The translations under genes were made by a program, and so were the position numbers. Below are positions 8,972 through 17,797 of a DNA stretch of 51,225 nucleotides, piece by piece (within the stretch, counting starts at the first letter, position 1; each line of letters begins with the position of its first letter). The stretch is from Candidatus Omnitrophota bacterium (GTDB lineage Bacteria > Omnitrophota > Gorgyraeia > Pluralincolimonadales > Pluralincolimonadaceae): positions 1-51,225 of the forward strand of contig JAQUPL010000009.1 in NCBI GenBank assembly GCA_028716565.1, in the 5' to 3' direction. The notes under the pieces were generated by a model that ran no database searches, had not been told where the DNA came from, and worked only from the letters and a program-made list of their open reading frames with translations.

Positions 8972-9274
8972 AAGTAGGAGGCTAACAGTGGAAAAGGGAG
9001 CGGAATTCTTTATATTAGATGACCAAATGTACCATGTCAGCCAGATATTGTATCTGAAGTTAGCTGGAGGAGCTTATGGCTATGGCTGTTGGGGGAAGAT
9101 ACAGTTGATAGGTATGGAAGCGCCGGTTGATATAGGTGACGGTAGTTACAGAAATAGTATAACCCACATAAAGCACATGGTAGCTGGCGAGTACAATTTC
9201 AAAAGGCTGCGCAGAATTATGAGGGAATTCGGCGTAGAAAAAGAAAGCGAAGTAGGAGGCTAACAGTGGAAAAG
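8972..9274 (+). repeat. 25-nt direct repeat AAGTAGGAGGCTAACAGTGGAAAAG (8972-8996, 9250-9274)
   Basis: Identical copies at the starts of two consecutive genes. Confidence 0.9.
8988..9263 (+). CDS. hypothetical protein
   Basis: SD AGGAGG, GTG start. Confidence 0.55.
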   Translation: MEKGAEFFILDDQMYHVSQILYLKLAGGAYGYGCWGKIQLIGMEAPVDIGDGSYRNSITHIKHMVAGEYNFKRLRRIMREFGVEKESEVGG

Positions 9275-9601
9275 AATGACTGGAAACAAGCAGAGGCAAA
9301 GAAACGGGTCGATAGTATGATCGGCTTGCCGAACGTTAAGCTCCGCAAAGGAGTAGCGCGTAGCGGTGGGGCGCTGACCGGGTGGGTTGACTACAATTAC
9401 AAGATCCTCCGGGATGCGGACAGGCGCTGGACAATGTATGTCGAATGGGTAGATATGGAGGGGGAGGGCTTCCGGATCATCTTGCCGCACGAGCTGGTAG
9501 AAGCCGTGCGCCGTGCGACCGATTCGATAATGAAGCAGGCGCTGCGAGACCGCGCCCAGGCGGCGGCCACGACCCGGGCGAATAAGCAGAAGGAGGAATA
9601 A
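9266..9601 (+). CDS. hypothetical protein
   Basis: SD AGGAGG, GTG start; same 25-nt RBS block as the previous gene. Confidence 0.55.
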   Translation: MEKNDWKQAEAKKRVDSMIGLPNVKLRKGVARSGGALTGWVDYNYKILRDADRRWTMYVEWVDMEGEGFRIILPHELVEAVRRATDSIMKQALRDRAQAAATTRANKQKEE

Positions 9602-9603
9602 TT

Positions 9604-9744
9604 ATGAGCAAGTTAGTGAGAAAAATGAAGCGCGAGAAGGAAGAACAGGGTAAGCTCCTGCAGATCGGCATCGATCTCAGGAAGAAGAAGCCGAGCGTAG
9701 CGGAGAGACGTAGAAAACGCAATGGAGGCAGACATGGCAAGTGA
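9604..9744 (+). CDS. 46-aa basic protein (not in ORF track)
   Basis: SD GGAGG; MSKLVRKMKREKEEQ... Confidence 0.45.
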   Translation: MSKLVRKMKREKEEQGKLLQIGIDLRKKKPSVAERRRKRNGGRHGK

Positions 9745-10384
9745 AAGAGGATGCGGAACACGCAAGGCGGGCGGACTGTACCTATGCTGCGGGATGAGCC
9801 CATATGGCATGCCAGTGGAACATTTTCTCATCGACCCGGTGACCCCGATCGACCTGCAGGCATTCAGAACGCCGCGGATAATAGAGAAGGCCGGAGTAAA
9901 CCATGTCCTTATCTGGATAGGCAAGGAGTTCTATCCCAGCGTGCCGGCTTACATCGATGAGGCCAGGATACAGGGTATCAGCCGCCGGATACCGCGCAGT
10001 TTCCCGATAGAAAGGCTGACGACGGAAAGCAGGATGATGATGGTGCACGCCTGCGCCCGGGTGGCCGAGAGCGGTCACTACGGCAGCTATATCGGTATCT
10101 GCGAGGGCAACACTATCGACTGGTACTGTCCTAAAGGTGATATGTTGCACCGCCGCCCCGGAGCCGTCGACAGCGATACTCCACAGTGCATAGGCATGCT
10201 CTGGCCGCTATCAAAAGAGTTCGTCGACATGCGCTACGAGCCGCAGTACGCGACGGGCATCTTCGCCAGTTTCCCGATCACCAACATCGATTATGTGGTG
10301 GATCCGGAGCGCCCCGGTGTGCCGCGTGATATTGCGGACCGCGCCGGCAGAACGGACCTGCCGCTGAATCCGGTGGAGGAATAA
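9734..10384 (+). CDS. phage hypothetical protein
   Basis: SD GGAGG; GCGTRKAGGLYL N-terminus. Confidence 0.6.
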   Translation: MASERGCGTRKAGGLYLCCGMSPYGMPVEHFLIDPVTPIDLQAFRTPRIIEKAGVNHVLIWIGKEFYPSVPAYIDEARIQGISRRIPRSFPIERLTTESRMMMVHACARVAESGHYGSYIGICEGNTIDWYCPKGDMLHRRPGAVDSDTPQCIGMLWPLSKEFVDMRYEPQYATGIFASFPITNIDYVVDPERPGVPRDIADRAGRTDLPLNPVEE

Positions 10385-10385
10385 G

Positions 10386-11066
10386 ATGGCGAAAGTGAAG
10401 CAGTTTAAGATGGTATTAGGTTTAGACCCGGCGCGGCGCTACAAGGAAACGATTTTAACAATACATTATGATACTGGTCGTGGGTCTGATGTGCCAGACA
10501 ATAAAACAAGGTTCTATTTAAAGCTGCCGCAGATAATGGCCGATGCTCTAAACAAACCAGATATCCGGGGAGCTAGTGTTGAAGAGGTTAAGCGCTCTTT
10601 TGATGCTGCTTTGGAAGAATTCAAGAAGCTCAAGGTCGAGAAAAGTAAAGTCATCCTGTATGAATTTGAGTTAGACCCTCACCCAAATCCAAAAGAGCCG
10701 CGCTATAGTGGCCCTGCGCATTTTAACCGGGGATATGCAGTAACGGTAGTAGCCGCTGTGTATGAAGAAACGATAGCCATATCCGGCGTTGGTGAAAAGA
10801 TGTATTCGTATGAGCTGCAGGAAAGCAGCCTTAGTTATCCCGGGGGCGATAAGTTTCAGAATAGACAAGGATGGAATGGTCGCGGCAGGAGAGTCGAGAA
10901 TCAGATTCCGTGGACAGAGCGCGGCGAGGCTTTCTTTAAATGGGTTGCTGATAATATGCAGCAGCTGATAAGTGCTTTGGCTGATATAGAGTCCCCAAAT
11001 AAACTTATCGATATGGTGAATGCAGGCAGGCTGCTTCCGTTGGGTGGAGAGAAGGGGAAGGAATAA
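10386..11066 (+). CDS. hypothetical protein
   Basis: SD GGAGG; 226 aa, tightly packed in the operon. Confidence 0.6.
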   Translation: MAKVKQFKMVLGLDPARRYKETILTIHYDTGRGSDVPDNKTRFYLKLPQIMADALNKPDIRGASVEEVKRSFDAALEEFKKLKVEKSKVILYEFELDPHPNPKEPRYSGPAHFNRGYAVTVVAAVYEETIAISGVGEKMYSYELQESSLSYPGGDKFQNRQGWNGRGRRVENQIPWTERGEAFFKWVADNMQQLISALADIESPNKLIDMVNAGRLLPLGGEKGKE

Positions 11067-11395
11067 TGGCCTGCCGCAATGTTGGCAGTGGCACCCAGCT
11101 CGCTTTCGAGCTCGACAAAAGCCCAAGAGAGCAGGCATTTAAGATCGCCAAGGACGTTTATCGTTCTCTTATATTGAGAGGTGACTCTATTGAATATACC
11201 ATTAAAACACATTATGGAGGAACACACGAAGAGTACGAGTTTTCTACAGGATACTACCTTTGGACGAATGACGATGTGCGGGTTAAGATACCAAGCGGTA
11301 AAGTAGGTATCAAGTTAGAATCGAACGGCAGTATCCACATATTCAGTTTAAAGGAAATCTATAGTGCAGTATTAAAGGAAGAGGTTAAATTATGA
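11066..11395 (+). CDS. hypothetical protein
   Basis: TAATG coupling; SD AAGGA. Confidence 0.55.
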   Translation: MACRNVGSGTQLAFELDKSPREQAFKIAKDVYRSLILRGDSIEYTIKTHYGGTHEEYEFSTGYYLWTNDDVRVKIPSGKVGIKLESNGSIHIFSLKEIYSAVLKEEVKL

Positions 11396-11499
11396 AGATT
11401 GATAAGTGGGGTGCTTTTGAGTTTTGGTTTCTAGGGTTTCTATGTGGGATAACAACGTTAGTATTACTATCAGTAATTTGTAATTAAGGAGTCGCAGAT

Positions 11500-12027
11500 A
11501 TGAATATAATATCGTTTGCATGGACCACGCCGGCTATCGTCGCTTGCCATAAGACGCGGACGCGGCGCCAGTGGTCTAAGGATTACGCCCAGAAGTTTAA
11601 AGGGGGGTCCGCGTGCCAGGCTTACGATAAGGGGCCGCGGGTCGGTGGCAAGCTCATCCACATTATAAGGATATTGAAGGATCCGTGGATCCAGAATACC
11701 AGTGAAATGACAGAAGATGATTTCGAGGCCGAAGGTTTTCAGTACATGCAGGACCAGGGCTTTAAATTGAAAGGTCAAGACCTTCGAGAGTTCTTCGAAG
11801 CATGGAAGGCGGCTGCAGAAGACCTTTATGTAGTGGACTTCACTTATGTATGGGATATGGCCTTTGACGAAGGGTGTGCATACAGGGAAGGACACCTTCA
11901 CGCTATTGCTTGTGGAGTACCGGATGAACCAGAAAAGCTGCCGCGGCCCCTGGGCCAAATGTGCTACGAATGCAGAAAGTCTTGTGCGAGAAAGGTGCAG
12001 AACCTGTGCAGGATCGGTGTTAAATGA
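11500..12027 (+). CDS. ASCH-like domain protein with C-terminal Cys motif
   Basis: ISF......IVACHKTRTRR, G..CQAY, EMTEDDFEAEGF pattern typical of ASCH; CYECRKSC tail. Confidence 0.65.
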   Translation: MNIISFAWTTPAIVACHKTRTRRQWSKDYAQKFKGGSACQAYDKGPRVGGKLIHIIRILKDPWIQNTSEMTEDDFEAEGFQYMQDQGFKLKGQDLREFFEAWKAAAEDLYVVDFTYVWDMAFDEGCAYREGHLHAIACGVPDEPEKLPRPLGQMCYECRKSCARKVQNLCRIGVK

Positions 12028-12031
12028 TAAG

Positions 12032-12117
12032 TTATGCACACCCCCTGAACGTGACAGTGGTGAGTTATGCACACTTTAGGCCGAGTTATGCACATATCAC
12101 AAGGGGAGTTATGCACA
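12032..12117 (+). repeat. four TTATGCACA boxes (12032, 12065, 12086, 12109)
   Basis: Exact 9-mers, each preceded by AG; match the DnaA-box consensus TTATNCACA. Confidence 0.9.
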
Positions 12118-12129
12118 TGGTAGGTGACT

Positions 12130-12507
12130 ATGTTTAAAAAAGCCCGGGATATCATCAGCGAGCAGTGTGCCCTGGGAGCCCGCCCGGCGGAGATCCGGAA
12201 GAAGCTCATATCTGAAACTACTCTCTCGGTGGACGAGGTAAAGATGATAATGAAGGAGCTGCTGCCGGCAGAGGAAATGAAGCGGGCCCAGGCCATCTTC
12301 GATCAGATGATAAAGGAGAGCGGTCTCCCCGATATCATGGTCAAAGAGATCCTTTTGAAAGGCGGGCGCACAAAGACGATCGCGGCTCTGAGGACGGCGA
12401 TCCGCCGCCGGCTGAAGGCCGAGACCGGGCTGACGTTCGCTCAGATCAATAAGATGGTCGGCCTGGAGGAGGGCTCTCATCATCTTTCCGAGGACGTGAT
12501 GGGTTGA
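12130..12507 (+). CDS. DnaA domain IV (Bac_DnaA_C/TrpR-like HTH)-like protein
   Basis: EILLKGGRTKTIAALRTAIRRRLKAETGLTFAQINKMVG aligns by eye with DnaA [38 protein letters not shown]; no AAA+ domain. Confidence 0.6.
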   Translation: MFKKARDIISEQCALGARPAEIRKKLISETTLSVDEVKMIMKELLPAEEMKRAQAIFDQMIKESGLPDIMVKEILLKGGRTKTIAALRTAIRRRLKAETGLTFAQINKMVGLEEGSHHLSEDVMG

Positions 12508-12508
12508 G

Positions 12509-12525
12509 TTATGCACTTATGCACA
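12509..12525 (+). repeat. two overlapping TTATGCAC boxes just after the stop codon
   Basis: TTATGCACTTATGCACA. Confidence 0.85.
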
Positions 12526-12557
12526 GGCTTATTATTATTAGATAGAGGGAGGCTTTT

Positions 12558-12695
12558 ATGACAGAGATACTGGTTATAACGGTAATAGGCGTGGGTTTTA
12601 CCGCGGTGAACCTAATTATCCTGGGGCTGTGTCTTAAGCTTTATACGGAATACTTCAAAGACATGTCCCGGAGCAACAGGAAGGTAGTAAAATGA
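12558..12695 (+). CDS. 45-aa TM protein (not in ORF track)
   Basis: SD GGGAGG; hydrophobic ILVITVIGVGFTAVNLIILGLCL; ATGA overlap with the next gene. Confidence 0.55.
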   Translation: MTEILVITVIGVGFTAVNLIILGLCLKLYTEYFKDMSRSNRKVVK

Positions 12696-13018
12696 AAGAA
12701 TATCCTACTACTGATGAGTTAAATACAATCAGGGAATGGGACGTGCTGGGTAAAGGACCTATGGGACTGGTGGAATTTGTACAAAAGCTGTGGAAGTACG
12801 GCGAGGTAGTGGTTACCGGCAAGCGGGTGAAGTACCTGGCGTTGCACACATGCGGATGGTCCGGCAACGAGGAGATAGTCGATGCCCTTGAGGATAACCG
12901 CTTTTTCTGGACGTTCTACTGGCAGCAGTCGAAGAGGGGTGGACACCACTGGTTTAAAATAGATCTACATCACAGAGGGCAGCGTCCTGTAAATTGGCAG
13001 CCGGGGGTTAAGAAATGA
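12692..13018 (+). CDS. phage hypothetical protein (LHTxGWSGNEEI motif)
   Basis: ATGA coupling; conserved-looking W/G motifs. Confidence 0.6.
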   Translation: MKEYPTTDELNTIREWDVLGKGPMGLVEFVQKLWKYGEVVVTGKRVKYLALHTCGWSGNEEIVDALEDNRFFWTFYWQQSKRGGHHWFKIDLHHRGQRPVNWQPGVKK

Positions 13019-13171
13019 AAGATTATACCGGTGGTGGAATATATTTAGTAGCCGCAGGAATATGGACTACAGCAGCAATTTTAAGCTGGTATGTCGATTA
13101 CAATGCTGCTATGTGGTTCGCATGGGTGTTCGCGGCCCTTTCTATTCTATGTTGTTTTGGAGGAGAGTAAA

Positions 13172-13513
13172 ATGAAGAAAGAAAAAAGATTCGAATACCT
13201 CTTATTGAATGATCTCGAGAATGATATTCCTGACCCACTAGGATGTGGAATATGCCTCTGTAACTGGTGTAAGTTCGTCCAGTGGGAAGGCTGCTCATGC
13301 GATGAATCTTGGCCTGAATGTCATCATCCATTAATAGAAGCCTTTAAAGGATTTCATACTGAAGACGTATGGGATGGTGCCGACTGTTGGGGGTTCCGGC
13401 CAATGTATAAGCAATCCGACTGCGTAGATGTTGTTGGACTATGGCTACAGGGGAAACACGTCGATTTTGACACTATACCAGAAATTAGCGGGAAGAAATT
13501 AGCGGTAAAGTAG
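13172..13513 (+). CDS. Cys-rich hypothetical protein
   Basis: SD GGAGGAG; CGICLCNWC..CSC..C. Confidence 0.55.
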   Translation: MKKEKRFEYLLLNDLENDIPDPLGCGICLCNWCKFVQWEGCSCDESWPECHHPLIEAFKGFHTEDVWDGADCWGFRPMYKQSDCVDVVGLWLQGKHVDFDTIPEISGKKLAVK

Positions 13514-13521
13514 GTAGAAGG

Positions 13522-13989
13522 ATGACTCACGACGAGCTTGTATTACGCGGTAGAAACTGGTTAAAAAACAACCCTAATTCAAGAATGCGTTTTCCGATTA
13601 TCTTAACTGAATATAAGAGCTATGCTAATTCAGAACCAGACGTTCTAGGGTTAAATCATGCTCGAAGTGTTGTGATTGAATGCAAGGTGTCACGTTCAGA
13701 TTACTTCGCAGATCAGAAGAAGCGATGTATGCGAATGTCTACACGCCTTGGAAGCTACCGTTATTATCTTTGCCCCGCTGGTTTATTAAGGGTAGATGAT
13801 ATTAAAAATGGGTGGGGGTTACTCTATTGTCATCCCCATAAAATCACAATAGAGAAAGACGCCACATTCTACCCGCCGGAGGAAACTCGACCGGAGGAAT
13901 ATCAAATAATGTACTCAATCATTCGCAGGCTTATGTCGTTAGATGGGCACGATAAAACGTTGGATATGTTAAAGGGAAGGAGAAAGTAA
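13522..13989 (+). CDS. MmcB-like PD-(D/E)XK nuclease-fold protein
   Basis: EPDVLG..VVIECKVSRSDYFADQKK, YRYYLCP, WGLLY. Confidence 0.7.
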   Translation: MTHDELVLRGRNWLKNNPNSRMRFPIILTEYKSYANSEPDVLGLNHARSVVIECKVSRSDYFADQKKRCMRMSTRLGSYRYYLCPAGLLRVDDIKNGWGLLYCHPHKITIEKDATFYPPEETRPEEYQIMYSIIRRLMSLDGHDKTLDMLKGRRK

Positions 13990-13990
13990 A

Positions 13991-14755
13991 ATGAAGTGTC
14001 CCGATTGTAAAGACAAAGAGCTTCTACCGGCGCGCTCCCGGGAAGACTGTAAGGAGGTTGATGCCCTGAAATGCTCATACTGTTCAAAGATGTTCCAAAT
14101 GAATGAGAGTAACCATCTAAGGCCCCTGGAGCCCCAGGCAGCAACGCATACCGCCGCGATACTGACTTCGGCGCCGGTCAAGCCTGAAATATTGGAGCAG
14201 GCCGCACGGATCGCGGAGCATAGTTTAAAGCAGACAGGGCGGGACCGGCCCAGGACCTATCATAAGTTGTCTAAGGAAGAGATAGACATTGCCGTTGCCC
14301 GCCTCAAGAAAGGCGACCGGCCCGTCGATATCGCCCATGACCTAAAGTGTGATGCTGCGGCAATAGGATGGCACAAGAAGAAGCTGGTTAAAGCTGGATC
14401 GATCACGTCTCATAAGTATCGTCGGGAGAATAAGAAGCCTCCTGCGCCTGCCATTAACCCACCGAAGAAGCCAGCCAAGCCTATAAACAATATAGTTTAC
14501 GACAATACGCATCGTGGAAACCTTGCACTCCAGATGCTACGGCTGAAGCGCGGTGAACTCAGGCCAGAGACCACAAAAACCGTCATCCGTAGATACCACG
14601 CCATGTTGCAGTACGACCTCGATAAAGCTCAGGCCACAGTCCGGAAGATTAAGCAAGAGATGGCTCCCATAAACGATGCGTTGCGCGAGATAGATATCAT
14701 CGAGCAGGGCGAAAAGGCTATAATCGAGAAGGTTCTGGCGTCGGTAAGAAAATAA
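13991..14755 (+). CDS. zinc-ribbon + HTH + coiled-coil protein
   Basis: CPDC..CSYC; LKKGDRPVDIAHDLKCDAAAIGWH HTH-like; C-terminal heptads. Confidence 0.55.
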   Translation: MKCPDCKDKELLPARSREDCKEVDALKCSYCSKMFQMNESNHLRPLEPQAATHTAAILTSAPVKPEILEQAARIAEHSLKQTGRDRPRTYHKLSKEEIDIAVARLKKGDRPVDIAHDLKCDAAAIGWHKKKLVKAGSITSHKYRRENKKPPAPAINPPKKPAKPINNIVYDNTHRGNLALQMLRLKRGELRPETTKTVIRRYHAMLQYDLDKAQATVRKIKQEMAPINDALREIDIIEQGEKAIIEKVLASVRK

Positions 14756-14780
14756 AAGCTTAAGTAAAAAGGAGCGTAGC

Positions 14781-15194
14781 ATGTTTGAACCTAAAGGCTT
14801 CGTAATTGTTGATAAAGAGATAAAACACACAAAGCCGCCTCCGGAGAAAATACTGGGCTGTGACTACAATCTAAAGGAAGAATATTTCAACGCGATGCAG
14901 GGTAAGATGCTGAAGGTAGTGGACGTGGCTGTGGACGGCAGCGACTACCTGGTGCAAGCTGAAGGTAAGAAGGCGGGAGTATTTCTGTGGATGGTGGACA
15001 AGCGGGATACTATAGGCGAGATGATACCCTACTCCGTTATGAGACCGTTGTTAAAACCTATGCCTTTCAGAGATTTAATGAAGGCTGCCGGTATGGATGC
15101 TGACGCTTTTTCCGATGAGAACATCGAAAGAATGAGCAAGGCCGTCGGTGTCGATCTTAAGAAGATATTGGATATGCTGGAGGTAGACCTATGA
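14781..15194 (+). CDS. hypothetical protein
   Basis: SD AAGGAG. Confidence 0.55.
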   Translation: MFEPKGFVIVDKEIKHTKPPPEKILGCDYNLKEEYFNAMQGKMLKVVDVAVDGSDYLVQAEGKKAGVFLWMVDKRDTIGEMIPYSVMRPLLKPMPFRDLMKAAGMDADAFSDENIERMSKAVGVDLKKILDMLEVDL

Positions 15195-15673
15195 AAATCG
15201 TTACGGATATCGAGTACCTGCGGAAGCCGTGCAAAGACCTGACTGAAGCGCAGGATCTGGACATCATCGTCGAAACATTAAAGACTGAGATTTACTTAGG
15301 CGGCGTACAGCGCGGCGTGGGCCTGGCGGCGAACCAGATATATATCCCTTATCGCGTTTGCCTGATATCCGTAGGTATCATGGTGCCTCTTATACTGGTG
15401 AACCCGGTGATTGTTAAAGAGCAGAAGCCAAAGCTCGTGCGCGAGGGTTGCCTCTCCCTTCCCGGAGTCGATATCGAGATAGAGCGACCGATGTACGTTA
15501 AGGTCAAGGCGCTGGATGAGAGCCGGCGCCCGGTGAAGTATACGTTCACCGGAGAGCGCGCGCAGTGCGTGAGACACGAGATAGACCACCTGAACGGTAT
15601 ACTGATGATCGATTATCTCGATAAGGGTGAGAGGGCGGCTATCGAGAGCAGGTTAAGGCGGAGTCAGTCATGA
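15191..15673 (+). CDS. def: peptide deformylase
   Basis: All three PDF motifs: GVGLAANQI, EGCLS, HEIDH. Confidence 0.95.
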   Translation: MKIVTDIEYLRKPCKDLTEAQDLDIIVETLKTEIYLGGVQRGVGLAANQIYIPYRVCLISVGIMVPLILVNPVIVKEQKPKLVREGCLSLPGVDIEIERPMYVKVKALDESRRPVKYTFTGERAQCVRHEIDHLNGILMIDYLDKGERAAIESRLRRSQS

Positions 15674-15882
15674 TGCGCCACTGCTGTATAGCGCTGGACA
15701 CCCTTCTAAGGCTGACACTGGAGGGGCAGCAGGTGCTGGTAGACGCCGAAACAGGCGAACCCCTGGAGGAACGGGAGATATACGAGTTGGTCAAAGAAAT
15801 GAGGAAGGACGGCAACACAGTCTTTACCCCGGGCTGCGATAACGTTGACAAGCAGGGACGGTGTGCCGGACATAAGGAGTGA
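15670..15882 (+). CDS. hypothetical protein
   Basis: ATGA overlap; last gene of the plus arm. Confidence 0.5.
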   Translation: MMRHCCIALDTLLRLTLEGQQVLVDAETGEPLEEREIYELVKEMRKDGNTVFTPGCDNVDKQGRCAGHKE

Positions 15883-15887
15883 AATAA

Positions 15888-15917
15888 AAAAGGCCGGCGA
15901 GATCTCGCCGGCCTTTT
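15888..15917. terminator. bidirectional intrinsic terminator between convergent arms
   Basis: AAAAGGCCGGCGAGATCTCGCCGGCCTTTT, perfect palindrome with A/T tracts on both sides. Confidence 0.9.
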
Positions 15918-15930
15918 AGCATATCCGCGG

Positions 15931-16110
15931 TCAATGCCCCCAGTATAATTTCTTCAGAAGCCTGAGTGTTAAGTTTAAGTGTAACCTCGTTTCACGCTTG
16001 ATGAATGCGAGACTCTTTTTGTCGAACACAGGCGTCTTGTATGCTCTCGAGAGGCGTTCCGCGGACCTCTGCAGCAGTGTTACTTCCCTGGGCTCCTGAT
16101 TGCCAGTCAT
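15931..16110 (-). CDS. small basic hypothetical protein
   Basis: SD GTAGGGG before ATG 16110. Confidence 0.4.
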   Translation of the reverse strand: MTGNQEPREVTLLQRSAERLSRAYKTPVFDKKSLAFIKRETRLHLNLTLRLLKKLYWGH

Positions 16111-16118
16111 ATCGGCCC

Positions 16119-17210
16119 CTACTTCATCAGCCTGACATCCAGCGCCTCGAGGACGTTCCGGATATCGTTGCCGATCGTGATAGTATCGTTGCCGGCGAAC
16201 AACAGACAAACAGCGCGCCTCTGCTTGTCCAGGATAAGAGAGCCGCTATCGCCGCCGGCGGAGAACTGGCCGCCGATGCCGCTGATGATAACCTGGTCCT
16301 CAAAGATAGCATAATCTCCATCCCCCATATTGACGTTGACTATGTTATCGATACTGTTGATTTTGCCGCGGGTTATTTCAGTGGTGCGCCCCCGCTTCAT
16401 CACTTCCATTCCGACCTCCGGAGCCGCCACACCGGTAACAGATCCTATTTCCGGGATGAACGGGTCGATATCTGCGGGATCAACCGGTAGTGCAAGAGCG
16501 CAGTCTACTTTATTGGTCGCGCTGCGATAGCTTGTAAACCGCTCCCGGCTGCCAAATATCCTGGCCAGTCGGTCCCCCATCTTGATATAGAGTTTGGTAA
16601 GCGGGCAGTCGCTCGAGTTGACCGTCTCGATCTCCACGAAGTCGTCTAGTGTAGCGATAACGTCTCCGGGTTCTCTGCCTCCATCATAGTAGCCCTGCTG
16701 CAGGATGCTGTCGCCGACCTTCCCTTTATTGACGTTGGCCAGGACATGGTTATTACTCAGTATCATCGCGGTGCCGCTCTGGTTCTCGTAGACTACGGCA
16801 CCGAATGTGCCGGCGGTGATATCTTTATGCCCGATGCTGCAGCCGGGGTGCGCCGGTCGCTCTCTGGCCGTGATATCACGCATTGTGTACCCCAGTCTGC
16901 GATGCTCGATGGTCTCGACGACCTGGTGGCCTTTCCTCATCGTCTCTCGTTTTTTATCGAAACGCGGTTCATCCAAGCGCAGCTTGATCTCACCGCCGAC
17001 CTCTACTACATCCGTGCGCCGGCCCTTGATAACAACCGGCACCCGATCGCGCTTGGACAGCGCTGAAAGCGGCACCTTCCTCGCAACGCTGACCACAATA
17101 GCCGGCTGCCGTGTGTCGGTGCCATCGGTCTTCTTTGTGCCGCGGCCCACCGCCACGACATTCTTCTTCTTGAGCAGGTCCAGTGCTATTTGCCTTTCCT
17201 GTTTGTTCAT
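16119..17210 (-). CDS. trypsin-like (S1, Nal1-like) serine protease with N-terminal prodomain
   Basis: ILSNNHVLA (His), VDCAL (Asp), GRTT, GDSGS (Ser). Confidence 0.9.
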   Translation of the reverse strand: MNKQERQIALDLLKKKNVVAVGRGTKKTDGTDTRQPAIVVSVARKVPLSALSKRDRVPVVIKGRRTDVVEVGGEIKLRLDEPRFDKKRETMRKGHQVVETIEHRRLGYTMRDITARERPAHPGCSIGHKDITAGTFGAVVYENQSGTAMILSNNHVLANVNKGKVGDSILQQGYYDGGREPGDVIATLDDFVEIETVNSSDCPLTKLYIKMGDRLARIFGSRERFTSYRSATNKVDCALALPVDPADIDPFIPEIGSVTGVAAPEVGMEVMKRGRTTEITRGKINSIDNIVNVNMGDGDYAIFEDQVIISGIGGQFSAGGDSGSLILDKQRRAVCLLFAGNDTITIGNDIRNVLEALDVRLMK

Positions 17211-17246
17211 CGTTATAACTCCTTCCTGTATATTATCTGATTATAG

Positions 17247-17558
17247 TTACTGGTCCTTATTCACGTCAACGGCGCCCAGTTTTTCGCATATGGCCTTTCT
17301 TATCCCCAGGTACATTTCTCTTTCCCTCCGCGACTCGCCGCTGTTTACCGCGAATGCTGTTTGATTGAACCACAGTTTTAGCTCGCCCCTTGTCTTTCCC
17401 GGCCTGCGGTCGAATAGTATCCTTCCCGCGGCCTCGCCTTTTACTTCCACGTTCAGAAACCCGAGTTTTGCCTGCGGCCTTTCTACCTGAAGCAGACCCT
17501 TTGAGTCGATTGCTATCTTCTCCTCGAGTACCAGTGGCGGCTTCTTTTTTCTTCCCAT
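17247..17558 (-). CDS. hypothetical protein
   Basis: SD AAAGGAG upstream of ATG 17558. Confidence 0.55.
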   Translation of the reverse strand: MGRKKKPPLVLEEKIAIDSKGLLQVERPQAKLGFLNVEVKGEAAGRILFDRRPGKTRGELKLWFNQTAFAVNSGESRREREMYLGIRKAICEKLGAVDVNKDQ

Positions 17559-17787
17559 GGGAGATGCTCCTTTCTTTAGGTTTTACCGGGGGCTGCAGCC
17601 AGGCCTTGGGAAATTTATATCGCCGCCCCACATGGTCCTTAGCCTCCGGCTTAACACCTATGCGCTCGATGTCCCGCTGCAGTTTCTTGTTGCAGGTATA
17701 TACCAGGCAGTCAGGCTCGAGCTCGTTATATACAATTGTGGTCTCGCGCTCATAGAGGCAGTCAGCCCTCATTTTTTTCTTTACCAT
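17266..17787 (-). CDS. phage hypothetical protein with long basic tail overlapping the next gene
   Basis: SD AAGGAG; ERETTIVYNE..LVYTCNKKL..YKFPKAWL core. Confidence 0.5.
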   Translation of the reverse strand: MVKKKMRADCLYERETTIVYNELEPDCLVYTCNKKLQRDIERIGVKPEAKDHVGRRYKFPKAWLQPPVKPKERSISHGKKKEAATGTRGEDSNRLKGSASGRKAAGKTRVSERGSKRRGRGKDTIRPQAGKDKGRAKTVVQSNSIRGKQRRVAEGKRNVPGDKKGHMRKTGRR

Positions 17788-17797
17788 AAAAGGCTCC

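Noticed and set aside
12032-12117. CRISPR array or iteron array at the 12-kb repeats
   Set aside because: Repeats are only 9-12 nt with irregular 12-24 nt gaps and no cas genes; treated as protein-binding boxes
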